Source of the DNA: Eledone cirrhosa
Taxonomy: Eukaryota
Assembly: GCA_964016885.1 (NCBI GenBank)
Contig: OZ024743.1
Coordinates: forward strand, 95,480,001 to 95,544,000
DNA length: 64,000 nucleotides
Reading direction: 5' to 3'
Under the pieces are notes generated by a model. It ran no database searches. It was not told the origin of the DNA and saw only the letters and a program-made list of their open reading frames with translations. Positions 8,798 to 20,100 of this stretch are shown one piece after another (the stretch's first letter is position 1; every line of letters starts with the position of its first letter). A program made the translations under genes and the position numbers.

Positions 8798-10453
8798 TTA
8801 CCTCTCTGCGTCCCGGGTATCGGGCTGCACAATTTCCATTAGGGTGGGGGATGGGTTGTTGGGTGGGGTGGTGGTTTGTGGAAGTGTGGGGGCATCAGTG
8901 TGATGTGTGGTTGGGGAGCTTGGAGTTGTGTGGGTGTTTGGGGAGGGGGTGGGATAGTTTTTTAGGAGGACGCGGTTAATGGGCCCGACGCAGGGGGGAC
9001 CCACGTCCTCTTTAAAATTGTTTTTTAAAGTTTTATAGGTGTCCTGTGGGGCCTTAATCATTTTGAGGTGGGGGAAATCCCCTGCCTGGGTGAAGTTAGG
9101 CCCTTGTGTTTTTATTAGATTGTTGTTGTACACAATGTTTAACAGTTTTTTGTTTCTTGTATTTATGTATGTGTATGCATGTTTTTGTTTTTGTGTGGTG
9201 TTTTTTGTTTGCTGTTGTTGTGAGCTCTTTTGTGTTGGTGTCAGTGTTATGTTTTGGGGAGGGGTTTTTTTCATTTGTGTGTCTGAGGTGTGTTTTCTTT
9301 TTTTTCTTTTGATTGTGTGGAAGTGCTCCTCCTCGTCTGACGACGAACTAGGGTCATCTTCCGCGTTGGAGGGGAGGGGTATATTTTCGGGTTGTGTTTG
9401 CGGTACGGGTGTTTTGGAAATTGTTTTTGTTTTTTGAGTGGAGGGGATGGGTTGGACATTGTTTTGTTTTGGTTTGAGCTGTGGTGGTTGTTTTTGTAGT
9501 GGTAGTTGTGGTGATTGTGTTGGTTGTGCAGTTGTTGGTGGTGTAGGCAGGATTGGGGTTTTCTTATTAAGTTGGGGACAGACAGCCCTCAGGTGACCTC
9601 TGGTTCCGCAGAGGTAACACGAGGGCCGTCTACCCTCAACGGTAATGTTGATGAAGGTTAGATCATCCAGTATGACGCGTTCAGGGATCTGGGCGATCCT
9701 TTCGGGCCTCATTTGAACTACAAGTTCGAGGCTCGTTCCACTGAACGCGTCACCCGATGCCTTTCCCATGGACACCAGCATGTCATCCTCCAGGTCCAGA
9801 AAACCTGTCAAAACCCACCATATGTCCATAATCGGCAGGATGGTGTGGATTTTTATTTTTTGTGTTCTTCTACCCATGTACGTAGGGTAGAAGGTGTATG
9901 CGGTGGATGTGATTGGTTTGATGGACAGTTTCACTGCTGTGTCCCTGTCCTTCATGAGAATGGATAGACTCCCGTAGAGTCTATCCTTCTGAATGAAGGT
10001 GATGTCCTTCATGACGTCTTTTAAAACCAGCTCTATCTCGCTCTGTGATGGTTGAGCTGGTTTTTTACTTTTGTTCGAGATTGTCCTAAACATGACCGTG
10101 TTTAGGAGTCTCTGGCTTTTTAGTTCCGGGGGGGAATGGATTGTGAATGAACCATTTTCCCCGTACACTATATATTTTTTCGCATCCGCCAGTAGCTCCT
10201 TCGCTTTTGTTATATCTACTGGCAGATAGTCGAGGGTTTTCCTTGTCGTCTCGGCGAAGGAGAAATTTTGTTTGTTTGTGTTGTTGTTGTCGTTGGTGGT
10301 GTTGTTGTTATCATTGTTGTTGTTGTCACCGTTATTGGTCTTGTTGTTGTTATTGTTATTGTTATTGGTGTTGTTTTCGTCCGTCGCATTGTTGTTGTTG
10401 CTGTTGCTGAGATAGATGGTAAATTTCTTTAAGTCGTTTGGAAGCCTCGACAA
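8798..10453 (-). CDS. Copy B ORF1 (Gag-like); true start unresolved
   Basis: CCHC knuckle CYLCGTRGHLRAVC, poly-Asn N-terminus, KRKKRKH, homology to copy A ORF1. Listed start is TTG and the frame stays open upstream to ~10630. Confidence 0.88.
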   Translation of the reverse strand: MSRLPNDLKKFTIYLSNSNNNNATDENNTNNNNNNNNKTNNGDNNNNDNNNTTNDNNNTNKQNFSFAETTRKTLDYLPVDITKAKELLADAKKYIVYGENGSFTIHSPPELKSQRLLNTVMFRTISNKSKKPAQPSQSEIELVLKDVMKDITFIQKDRLYGSLSILMKDRDTAVKLSIKPITSTAYTFYPTYMGRRTQKIKIHTILPIMDIWWVLTGFLDLEDDMLVSMGKASGDAFSGTSLELVVQMRPERIAQIPERVILDDLTFINITVEGRRPSCYLCGTRGHLRAVCPQLNKKTPILPTPPTTAQPTQSPQLPLQKQPPQLKPKQNNVQPIPSTQKTKTISKTPVPQTQPENIPLPSNAEDDPSSSSDEEEHFHTIKRKKRKHTSDTQMKKTPPQNITLTPTQKSSQQQQTKNTTQKQKHAYTYINTRNKKLLNIVYNNNLIKTQGPNFTQAGDFPHLKMIKAPQDTYKTLKNNFKEDVGPPCVGPINRVLLKNYPTPSPNTHTTPSSPTTHHTDAPTLPQTTTPPNNPSPTLMEIVQPDTRDAER

Positions 10454-10910
10454 TGCAGATGGGTAAATCTCCGGGTAACAAGATCCGGTGGTGGAGAGAG
10501 AGAGATTTAAGTGGGTGTACGTTGAGATGCGTGGCGTGTAGAAGACTGTAGCGTGTAGAAGAATGTAGGAAAGAGCGTAAAGGATAAAAATAAAAATAAT
10601 AACACGGGATAGAGTTACCTTGGGAGAGATTTAATTGTCCCTATATATTTCGGATTCACATCCATCAACTGGGGGTTTTTCCGGGGGGTAGGGGGGAGGG
10701 GGGGAGGGGGGGGGGGGGTTGTGTGTCGGAAAGGTGCAAAACGTGTCCTCCGCTGTACGTTGTTTTGAATATCTGAGGTATTCAGCAGAGCGCGCATGCC
10801 CGTGAAATGGGGTCGGTCAAGCAGAGGTCGGCGGCCGAAATAGTTCTTTCAATTGTGGGAGTGGGGTGGCGCTAGCTGTCAGTCCATAGTATTCTCTGCC
10901 TGTTTGGTGA

Positions 10911-11034
10911 ATGTTACTGTGTGTGTGTGTATGTGCGTGTGTTGTTTTCTCGCTTGAGAGAGTGTGTGTATGTGCGTGTGTTGTTGCCTTGTTCCTCTGT
11001 ATTGGCAGTGTAGTATGTTCGTATGGTGGAATGC

Positions 11035-11100
<66 letters not shown>

Positions 11101-11130
11101 GTAGCTGTCTCGTTTGTGTGTGTGTGTGCG
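10911..11130. repeat. Interrupted (TG)n microsatellite with small internal duplications
   Basis: (GT)n runs; ATGYTACTGTGTG and GTATGTGCGTGTGTTGTT each occur twice. Confidence 0.85.
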
Positions 11131-11154
11131 TGTCTTGCTGCATCGTTTGTTTAC

Positions 11155-12140
11155 TTAAACCAACCACCTCATTTCGCTTCTCTCGGATCGGTTGTTTAAT
11201 TGTGGCCCTAGGCGTTTGATCCAAAGTGCTTCCTTGATATGTAATGTGCCGACGTTTCTTTCTGTCGCTAGAATTGTGACAATGGGCCTTCCGTCTTTGT
11301 TTCCGCATTTGGCTATGTGTTTCCGGAAAGACGAGGCCTTGGTGTTAGTGTGCTCCTTGATCCGGATGTGCAGCGGCCGGATTGTGCTACCTATATAGTA
11401 TTTTTGCACTTGTTACATTCTATCTTATACACAACGTATGTGCGTAGGCAACAGTTCCCATGGCGCATCGGGCAGTCTCTGAGGGAGCACGCGTCAGTTG
11501 ATTTCCCGGGTTTCCTGGAGAAGCATCTTCGCAGGGAGGGGCCCTAGTGGGCCAGGTGGATGTCGAGGCCCTCCCTCCGTATAGCCTTGCGGATAGCGTT
11601 GGTGGTATTCTCGCCCAGGTGTGGCATTTTAAGGAAGCACTTGCCTTGGGTGCCTCTCTGTCTCTTCTGTCTGGTATCTCTTCCTCTGTCTGTGAGCGAG
11701 GTAGGGTACCCGTTCGTCTCCAGCACCTCGAGGAATCGCTTGGTATGAGTAACACCACTCGCGAGATCGCTGCATCTGTTTTTGATTCGCGCGATCTCGT
11801 TCGTTTGGCACTGTTAGGGAGGGCGGACTTGTAGTGGAAGAACAGGTCCCTGCAGGCTGCCTTTCGGTAGAAGTTGCAGTGGATCCCTCCCTGTTCCGTG
11901 ATGTTGATTCGGAAGTCGAGGAGGGCAAGTGACCCGTCGTCGTTGGGGTGTTCAACACTGGGGTGTTCAAGACTGTTCAACACTGAAGTCAATGTTCTCG
12001 TCCGTGTTGTTGAACGTCTCATAGATTCTGTTCGCCATGACTCGGGAAGGTGTGAGGATGAGAATATCGTCCACGTACCTTGAGGTACGTATGTTATTAC
12101 TCTAAGGTCTACCTTATTGAGTGCTTTGCTGCCCATTCTT
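11155..12140 (-). mobile_element. Decayed, 5'-truncated Penelope-like element (RT C-terminal half + GIY-YIG endonuclease), frameshifted
   Basis: RYVDDILIL with YVDD at 12066-12077; SLALLDFRI and FYRKAACRDLFFHYKSALP (PLE RT thumb); VVYKIECNKC / YYIGSTIRPLHIRIKEH...EALWIK...PQLN (GIY-YIG) split over several frames. Confidence 0.9.
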
Positions 12141-12330
12141 AATTGTAGGTCGTTAGCTTGGCCACCACCAAGGCTTCGATTTTACTAAACTTCCACTTGT
12201 ATATATATATATATATTTATATATGTATATGTACATATATATATATATATACATATAACAAAGGAGTTGTGGTAAGGAACCAGATGGATCATAACCAGAG
12301 TACTCAATACTTAGGGTAGTAGAGTGGGAA

Positions 12331-12812
12331 ATAGGAAAAAGTATGACCCCGACGGCAGAGCTCAACCGTTTTGACGGCTATTTTTGGACTAAATTAGAAT
12401 TTTCAGCCTGGTGAATAAATAGCTGAACTTGTCAAGGGGGTACTTCCTTATATGGGAAGATTGTAGTTGTCAAGAGGATTGGTTAAAATTTGTTGTAAAC
12501 ACAAATAATAAATTCTAGCCTTAGTATCTGCTGTATACATATCACTTTCAACGCTTGACCGCACCACTCACTCCCTTATTGTTCTACAGGCAAGTTCAGC
12601 CACCCCTACCTCCCACCAAATGCCATGATAGACGTATTTGTGTTTACAACAAATTTTAACCAATCCTCTTGACAACTACAATCTTCCCATATAAGGAAGT
12701 ACCCACTTGAAAAGTTCGGCTATTTATTCACCAGGATAAACATTCTAATTTAGTCAAGAAATAGCCGTCGAAACGGCTTGAGCTCTGCCGTCGGAGTCAT
12801 ACTTTTTCCTAT
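12331..12812. mobile_element. Fold-back element: ~177-bp inverted arms (12331-12507 / 12635-12812), 127-bp spacer
   Basis: ATAGGAAAAAGTATGACCCCGACGGCAGAGCTCAA... is reverse-complemented at ...TTGAGCTCTGCCGTCGGAGTCATACTTTTTCCTAT; the same terminus recurs at 61094-61130. Confidence 0.8.
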
Positions 12813-12896
12813 ATATACATATATGTATATATATATATATATATTTGTATATATATATGTGTGTGTGTGCGTGGAAAAAAAACATATATGTGTGAA

Positions 12897-13048
12897 AAAG
12901 GGCCACCCTTGTCAGGCATTGTATCACACTGACACTACCCCAGAATTACATTATGGGTACACGTGCCCATGGAACGCTTGGCTACTTACAAGGTAATTTC
13001 ATTGATCGAACAACTGGAACACTCATCGCCGAAACCAACGGAGGTCCA
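12897..13048 (+). mobile_element. 3' half of a tRNA-derived SINE
   Basis: Ends TTGATCGAACAACTGGAAC...GAAACCAACGGAGGTCCA, shared with 52153-52200 (reverse) and 58025-58071. Confidence 0.7.
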
Positions 13049-13051
13049 TCA

Positions 13052-14190
13052 TGTATGTGTGTGGGTATGTGTGTGTGTATGTGTGTGTGTGCGTCTGTGT
13101 GTGTGAGAGTGCGGGTGCATGTGTGGTCTGTGTGTGTGAGCGTACGGGTGCATGTGTGTGTATATGTGTGTGTGAGCGTGTGGCTGCATATATGTGTAGA
13201 TGTGTGTGTTGTGTGTATATGTGTGTGTCAGCGTGCGGGTGCTTGTGTGTGTATGTATGTGGTCTGTGTGTGTGAGCGTACGGGTGCATGTGTCTGTATA
13301 TGTGTGCGTGAGCGTGTGGCTGCATATATGTGTAGATGTGTGTGTTGTGTGTATATGTGTGTGTCAGCGTGCGGGTGCTTGTGTGTGTATGTATGTGGTC
13401 TGTGTGTGTGAGCGTACGGGTGCATGTGTGTGTATATGTGTGTGTGAGCGTGCAGGTGCATATATGTGTAGATGTGTGTGTTATGTGTATATGTGTGTGT
13501 CAACGTGCGAGTGCTTGTGTGTGTATGTGTGAGGTCTGTGTGTGTGAGCGTACGGGTGCATGTGTGTGTATATGTGTGTGTGGGCGTGCAGGTGCATATA
13601 TGTGTAGATGTGTGTGTTGTGTGTGTCAGCGTTCGGGTGCTTGTGTGTGTATATGTGTGTGTGTGTGCGTGCAGGTGCATGTATGTACAGATGTGTGTGC
13701 CTGTGTGTGTTTTGTGTATATATGTGTGAGCGTGCGGGTGCATGTATGTGTAGATGTGTGTGTTGTGCGTCTGTGTGTGTGAGCGTGCGGGTGCATGTGT
13801 GTGTATGTACGTGTGAGCGTGCGGGTGCATGTGTGTGCATGTGAGTGTCTGTGTGTGTCAGCGTGCGGGTGCATGTGTGTGTGAGTGTGCGGGTGCATGT
13901 GTGTGAGAGTGCGCGTGCATGTGTGTGTCTGTGTGTGCGCGTGCAGGTGCATGTAAGTGTACGTCTGTGTCTGTGTGTGTCAGCGTGCGGGTGCATGTGT
14001 GTGCAAGTGTGTGTCTCTGTGTGTGAGCATGCGGGTGCATGTGTGTGTCTGTGTGTGTGAGCGTGCGCGTGGATGTGTGTGTCTGTGTGTGAGCGGGTGG
14101 GGGCATGTGTGTGTACGTCTGTGTCTGTGTGTGTCAGCGTGCGGGTGCATGTGTGTGTCTGTGTGTGTGAGTGGCGGGTGCATGTGTGTA
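13052..14190. repeat. TG-rich minisatellite with core AGCGTGCGGGTGCAT; 136-bp higher-order unit x4 at its left end
   Basis: GGTCTGTG recurs at 13125, 13261, 13397 and 13533. Confidence 0.85.
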
Positions 14191-17100
14191 TAAAAATCTT
14201 CATCTCTCTCATCTTTCTTCTGTCCCTCTCTCATTCTTACTCCCTTACATATATCTTCTCACATCTCTCTCTCTCTCCCTTCACCCTCCCTATCCCACTC
14301 TCCCTCCCTCTCTCATTATCTATCAACAGGAACGCCTTCAATCATTGAAACATCTCCCTAACATCATTTCTCTACATATATTCTCCCCCTTCACAACTTT
14401 CTACAATCCCTAATACCCCTATTCCCTGTCTTCTCTCCCTAAATCTCTTATAGCCCTATTCTTTGAATTCTATTCCTAAAATCTCTTATACCCCTATTCC
14501 CTGTCTTCTATTCCTACAATCTCTTATACCCCTATTCCCAGTCTTCTATTCCTACAATCTCTTATACCCCTATACTCGGTCTTCTATTCCTACAATCTCT
14601 TATACCCCTATTCTCTGTCTTCTAATCCTACAATCTCTTATACCCCCATTCCCTGTCTTCTATTCCTACAAACACTTATACCGCTATGCGCTGTCTTCTA
14701 TTCTTACAAACTCGTATAACGCTATTCTCTGACTTATATTCCTACAATCCCTTATACCCTATTCTCTGTCTTCTATTCCTACAATCTCTTATACCCCTAT
14801 TCCCTGTCTTCTATTCCTACAATCTCTTATACCCCTATTCTCTGTCTTCTATTCCTACAATCTCTTATACCCCCATTCCCTGTCTTCTATTCCTACAAAC
14901 ACATACCGCTATGCGCTGTCTTCTATTCTTACAATCTCTTATACCCCTATTCCCTGTCTTCTATTCCTACAATCTCTTATACCCCTATTCCCTGTCTTCT
15001 ATTCCTACAATCTCTTATACGCCTATTCCATGTCTTCCATTCCTACAAATACTTATAACCCATTTCCTTGTCTTCTATTCCTACAATCTCTTATACCCCT
15101 ATTCCCTGTCTTCTATTCCTACAATATCTTATAACCCATTTCCCTGTATTCTATTCCTGCAATCGCTTATACCCATATTCCCTGTCTTCTATTCCTACAA
15201 TCTCTTATACCCCTATTCCCTGTTTTGTATTCTTACAATCTCTTATACCTCTATTCCCTGTCTTCTATTCTTACAATCTCATATACCCCTATTCCCTGTC
15301 TTCTATTCCTACAATCTCTTATAACCCTTTTCACTGTCTTCTATTCCTACAATCACTTATACCCATATTCCCTGTCTTCTATTCCTACAATCTCTCATAC
15401 ACCTATTCCCTGTCTTCTATTCCTACAATCTCTCATACCCCTATTCCATGTCTTCTATTCCTACAATCTCTTATACCCCTATACTCTGTCTTCTATTCCT
15501 ACAATCTCTTATACCCCTATTCCCTGTCTTCTATTCCTACAATCTCTTATACCCCTATTCCTTGTCTTCTATTCCTACAATCTCTTGTAACCCTATTCCC
15601 TGTCCTCTATTCCTACAATCTCTTATACCCCTATGCCCTGTCTTCTATTCCTACAATCTATTATACCCCTATTCTCTGTCTTCTATTCCTACAATCTCTT
15701 TGACCACTATTCTCTGTCTACTATTCCTACACTCTCTTATAACCCTATTCCCTGTCTTCTATGCCTACATTTCTTATAACCCTATTCCCTGACTTCTATT
15801 CCTACAACCTCTTATAACCCTATTCCCTGTCTTCTATTCCTACAATATCTTATAACCCTATTCCCTGTCTTCTATTCCTACAATATCTTATACCCCTATT
15901 CCCTGTCTTCTATTCCTACAATCTCTTATACCCATATTCCATGTCTTCTATTCCTACAATCTCTTATACCCCTATTCCCTGACTTCTATTCCTACAATCT
16001 CTTATAACCCTATTCCCTGTCATCTATTCCTACAATCTCTTATACCCCTATTCCCCGTCTTCTATTCCTACAATCTCTTATACCCCTATTCCCTGATTGC
16101 ATTCTTACAATCTCTCATACCCCTATTCTCTGTCTTCTATTCCTACAATCTTTTATACCCCTATTCCCTGTCTTCAATTCCTACAATCTCTTATAACCCT
16201 ATTCCCCGTCTTCTATTCCTACAATCTCTTATAACCCTATTCCCTCTCTTCTATTCCTACAATCTCTTATAACACTATTCCCCGTCTTCTATTCCTACAA
16301 TCTCTTCTACCCCTATTCTCTGTCTTCTATTCCTACAATCTCTTATTACCGTATACTCCGTCTTCTATTCCTACAATATCTTATACCTCTATTCTCTGTC
16401 TTCTATTTCTACAATCTATTAACCTATTCCCCGTCTTCAATTCCTACAATCTCTTATAACCCTATTCCCTGTCTTCTATTCCTACAATCTCTTATAACCC
16501 TATTCCCTGTCTTCTATTCCTACAATCTTTTATAACCCTATTCACTGTCTTCTATTCCTACAACCTCTTATAACCCTATTCCCAAACTTCTATTCCTACA
16601 ATCTCTTATAACCCTATTCCCTGTCTTCTATTCCTACAATTTCTTATACCTCTATTGCCGTTCTTCTATTCCTACAATCTCTTGTAACCCTATTCCCTGT
16701 CTTCTATTCCTACAATCTCTTATACCCATATTCCATGTCTTCTATTCCTACAATCTCATATACCCCTATTCCCTGACTTCTATTCCTACAATCTCTTATA
16801 ACCCTATTCCCTGTCATCTATTCCTACAATCTCTTATACCCCTATTCCCCGTCTTCTATTCCTACAATCTCTTATACCCCTATTCCCTGATTGCATTCTT
16901 ACAATCTCTCATACCCCTATTCTCTGTCTTCTATTCCTACAATCTTTTATACCCCTATTCCCTGTCTTCAATTCCTACAATCTCTTATAACCCTATTCCC
17001 CGTCTTCTATTCCTACAATCTCTTATAACCCTATTCCCTCTCTTCTATTCCTACAATCTCTTATAACACTATTCCCCGTCTTCTATTCCTACAATCTCTT

Positions 17101-20100
17101 CTACCCCTATTCTCTGTCTTCTATTCCTACAATCTCTTATTACCGTATACTCCGTCTTCTATTCCTACAATATCTTATACCTCTATTCTCTGTCTTCTAT
17201 TTCTACAATCTCTTATAACCCTATTCCCTGTCTTCTATTCCTACAATCTCTTATAACCCTATTCCCTGTCTTCTATTCCTACAATCTTTTATAACCCTAT
17301 TCACTGTCTTCTATTCCTACAACCTCTTATAACCCTATTCCCAAACTTCTATTCCTACAATCTCTTATACCCCTATTCCATGTCTTCTATTCCTACAATC
17401 TCTCATACCTCTATTCCCCGTCTTCTATTCCTACAATCTCTTATAACCTTATTCCCTGTCTTCTATTCCTACAATACCTTATAACCCTATTCCCCGTCTT
17501 CTATTCCTACAATCTCTTATACCCATATTCCCTGTCTTGTATTCGTACAATCTCTCATACCCCTATTCCCTGTCTTCTATTCATACAATCTCTTATACCC
17601 CTATTCCCTGTCTTCTATTCCTACAAGCTCTTATAACCCTATTCCCTGTCTTATATTCCTACAATCTCTTACACCCCTATTCCGTGCCTTCTATTCCTAC
17701 AATCTCTTGTAAGCCTATTCCCCGTCTTCTATTCCTACAATCTCTTATACCACTATTCCCTGTCTTGTATTCTTACAATCTCTTATACCCCTATTCCCTG
17801 TCTTCTATTCCTACAATCTCTTATACCCCTATTCCCTATCTTCTATTCCTACAATCTCTTATTCGCCTATTCCCTGTCTTCTATTCCTACAAACACTTAT
17901 AACCCATTTCCTTGTCTTCTATTCCTACAATCTCTTATACCCCTATTCCCTGTCTTCTATACCTACAACCTCTTATACCCCTATTCCGTGCCTTCTATTC
18001 CTACAATCTCTTATAAGCCTATTCTCCGTCTTCTATTCCTACAATCTCTTATACCCCTATTCCCTGTCTTGTATTCTTACCATCTCTTATACCCCTATTC
18101 CCTGTCTTCTATTCCTACAATCTCTAATACCCCTATTCCCTGTCTTCTATTCCTACAATCTCTCATACCCCTATTCTCTGTTTTCTATTCTTACAATCTC
18201 TTATACCCCTATTCCCTGTCTTCTATTCCTACAATCTCTTCTACCCCTATTCCCTGTCTTCTATTCCTACAAACTCTTATACGCCTATTCCCTGTCTTCT
18301 ATTCCTACAATCTCTTATAACCCTATTCCCTGTCTTCTATTCCTACAATTTCTTATACCTCTATTGCCGTTCTTCTATTCCTACAATCTCTTGTAACCCA
18401 TTTCCCTGTATTCTATTCCTACAATCTCTTATACCCCAATTCCCTGTCTTCTATTCCTACAATCTCTTATACCCTTATTCCCTGTCTTCTATTCCTACAA
18501 TCTCTTATACCCCTATTCCCTGTCTTCTATTCCTACAATCTCTTATAGCCCTATTCGATGTCTTCTATTCCTACAATCTCTTATACCCCTATTCCCTGTC
18601 TTCAATTCCTACAATCTCTTATAACCCTATTCCCCGTCTCTATTCCTACAATCTCTTACAACCCTATTCCCTCTCTTCTATTCCTACAATCTCTTATAAC
18701 ACTATTCCCCTATTTCTAGTCCTACAATCTCTTATACACCTATTCTCTGTCTTCTATTCCTACAATCTATTATTAACCTATTCCCCGTCTTCTATTCCTA
18801 CAATCTCTTATAACCCTATTCCCTGTCTTCAATTCCTACAATCTCTTATAACCCTATTCCCTGTCTTCTATTCCTACAATCTCTTATAACCCTATTCCCT
18901 GTCTTCTATTCCTACAACCTCTTATAACCCTATTCCCAATCTTCTATTCCTACAATCTCTTATTACCCTATTCTCCGTCTTCTATTCCTACAATCTTTAT
19001 AACCCTATTCACTCTCTTCTATTCCTACAATCTCTTATAACACTATTCCCCGTCTTCTTTTCCTACAATCTCTTCTACCCCTATTCTCTGTCTACTATTC
19101 CTACAATCTCTTATTACCCTATACTCCGTCTTCTATTCCTACAATATCTTATACCCCTATTCTCTGTCTTCTATTCCTACAATCTATTATTAACCTATTC
19201 CCCGTCTTCTATTCCTACAATCTCTTATAACCCTATTTCCTGTCTTCTATTCCTACAATCTCTTATAACCTTATTCCCTGTCTTCTATTCCTACAATACC
19301 TTATAACCCTATTCCCCGTCTTCTATTCCTACAATCTCTTATACCCCTATTCCCTGTCTTGTATTCTTACAATCTCTCATACCCCTATTCCCTGTCTTCT
19401 ATTCATACAATCTCTTATACCCCTATTCCCTGTCTTCTATTCCTACAAGCTCTTATATCCCTATTCCCGGTCTTCTATTCCTACAATCTCTTACACACCT
19501 ATTCCGTGCCTTCTATTCCTACAATCTCTTGTAAGCCTATTCCCCGTCTTCTATTCCTACAATCTCTTATACCACTATTCCCTGTCTTGTATTCTTACAA
19601 TCTCTTATACCCCTATTCCCTGTCTTCTATTCCTACAATCTCTTATACCCCTATTCCCTATCTTCTATTCCTACAATCTCTTATTCGCCTATTCCCTGTC
19701 TTCTATTCCTACAAACACTTATAACCCATTTCCTTGTCTTCTATTCTTACAATCTCTTATACCCCTATTCCCTGTCTTCTATACCTACAACCTCTTATAC
19801 CCCTATTCCGTGCCTTCTATTCCTACAATCTCTTATAAGCCTATTCTCCGTCTTCTATTCCTACAATCTCAAATACCCCTATTCCCTGTCTTGTATTCTT
19901 ACCATCTCTTATACCCCTATTCCCTGTCTTCTATTCCTACAATCTCCCATACCCCTATTCCCTGTCTTCTATTCCTACAATCTCTTATACCCTATTCTCT
20001 GTCTTCTATTCCTACAATCTCTTATACCCCCATTCCCTGTCTTCTATTCTTACAATCTCTTATACCCCTATTCCCTGTCTTCTATTCCTACAATCTCTTT

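Larger units (their letters stand above)
5052..10900 (-). mobile_element. L1/Tx1-clade non-LTR retrotransposon, copy B, near full length (5' boundary unresolved)
   Basis: ORF1 + intact 1153-aa ORF2 + ~260-bp 3' UTR + (TATC)n. Confidence 0.93.

Noticed and set aside
250-10410. Plus-strand ORFs overlapping the retrotransposons (e.g. 2575-3291, 9039-9437)
   Set aside because: Antisense shadows of ORF1/ORF2 and their low-complexity linkers; no recognisable motifs.
10682-10718. G-run tract with G-quadruplex potential in the copy B 5' region
   Set aside because: A near-homopolymer seen in one copy only, prone to slippage and sequencing error; no evidence of function.
12953-14413. Cys/Val-rich and His/Thr-rich ORFs (also at 52.7-54.3 kb and 60.3-63.5 kb)
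   Set aside because: Translations of TG/CA/TA microsatellites, not metallothionein-like or His-rich genes.
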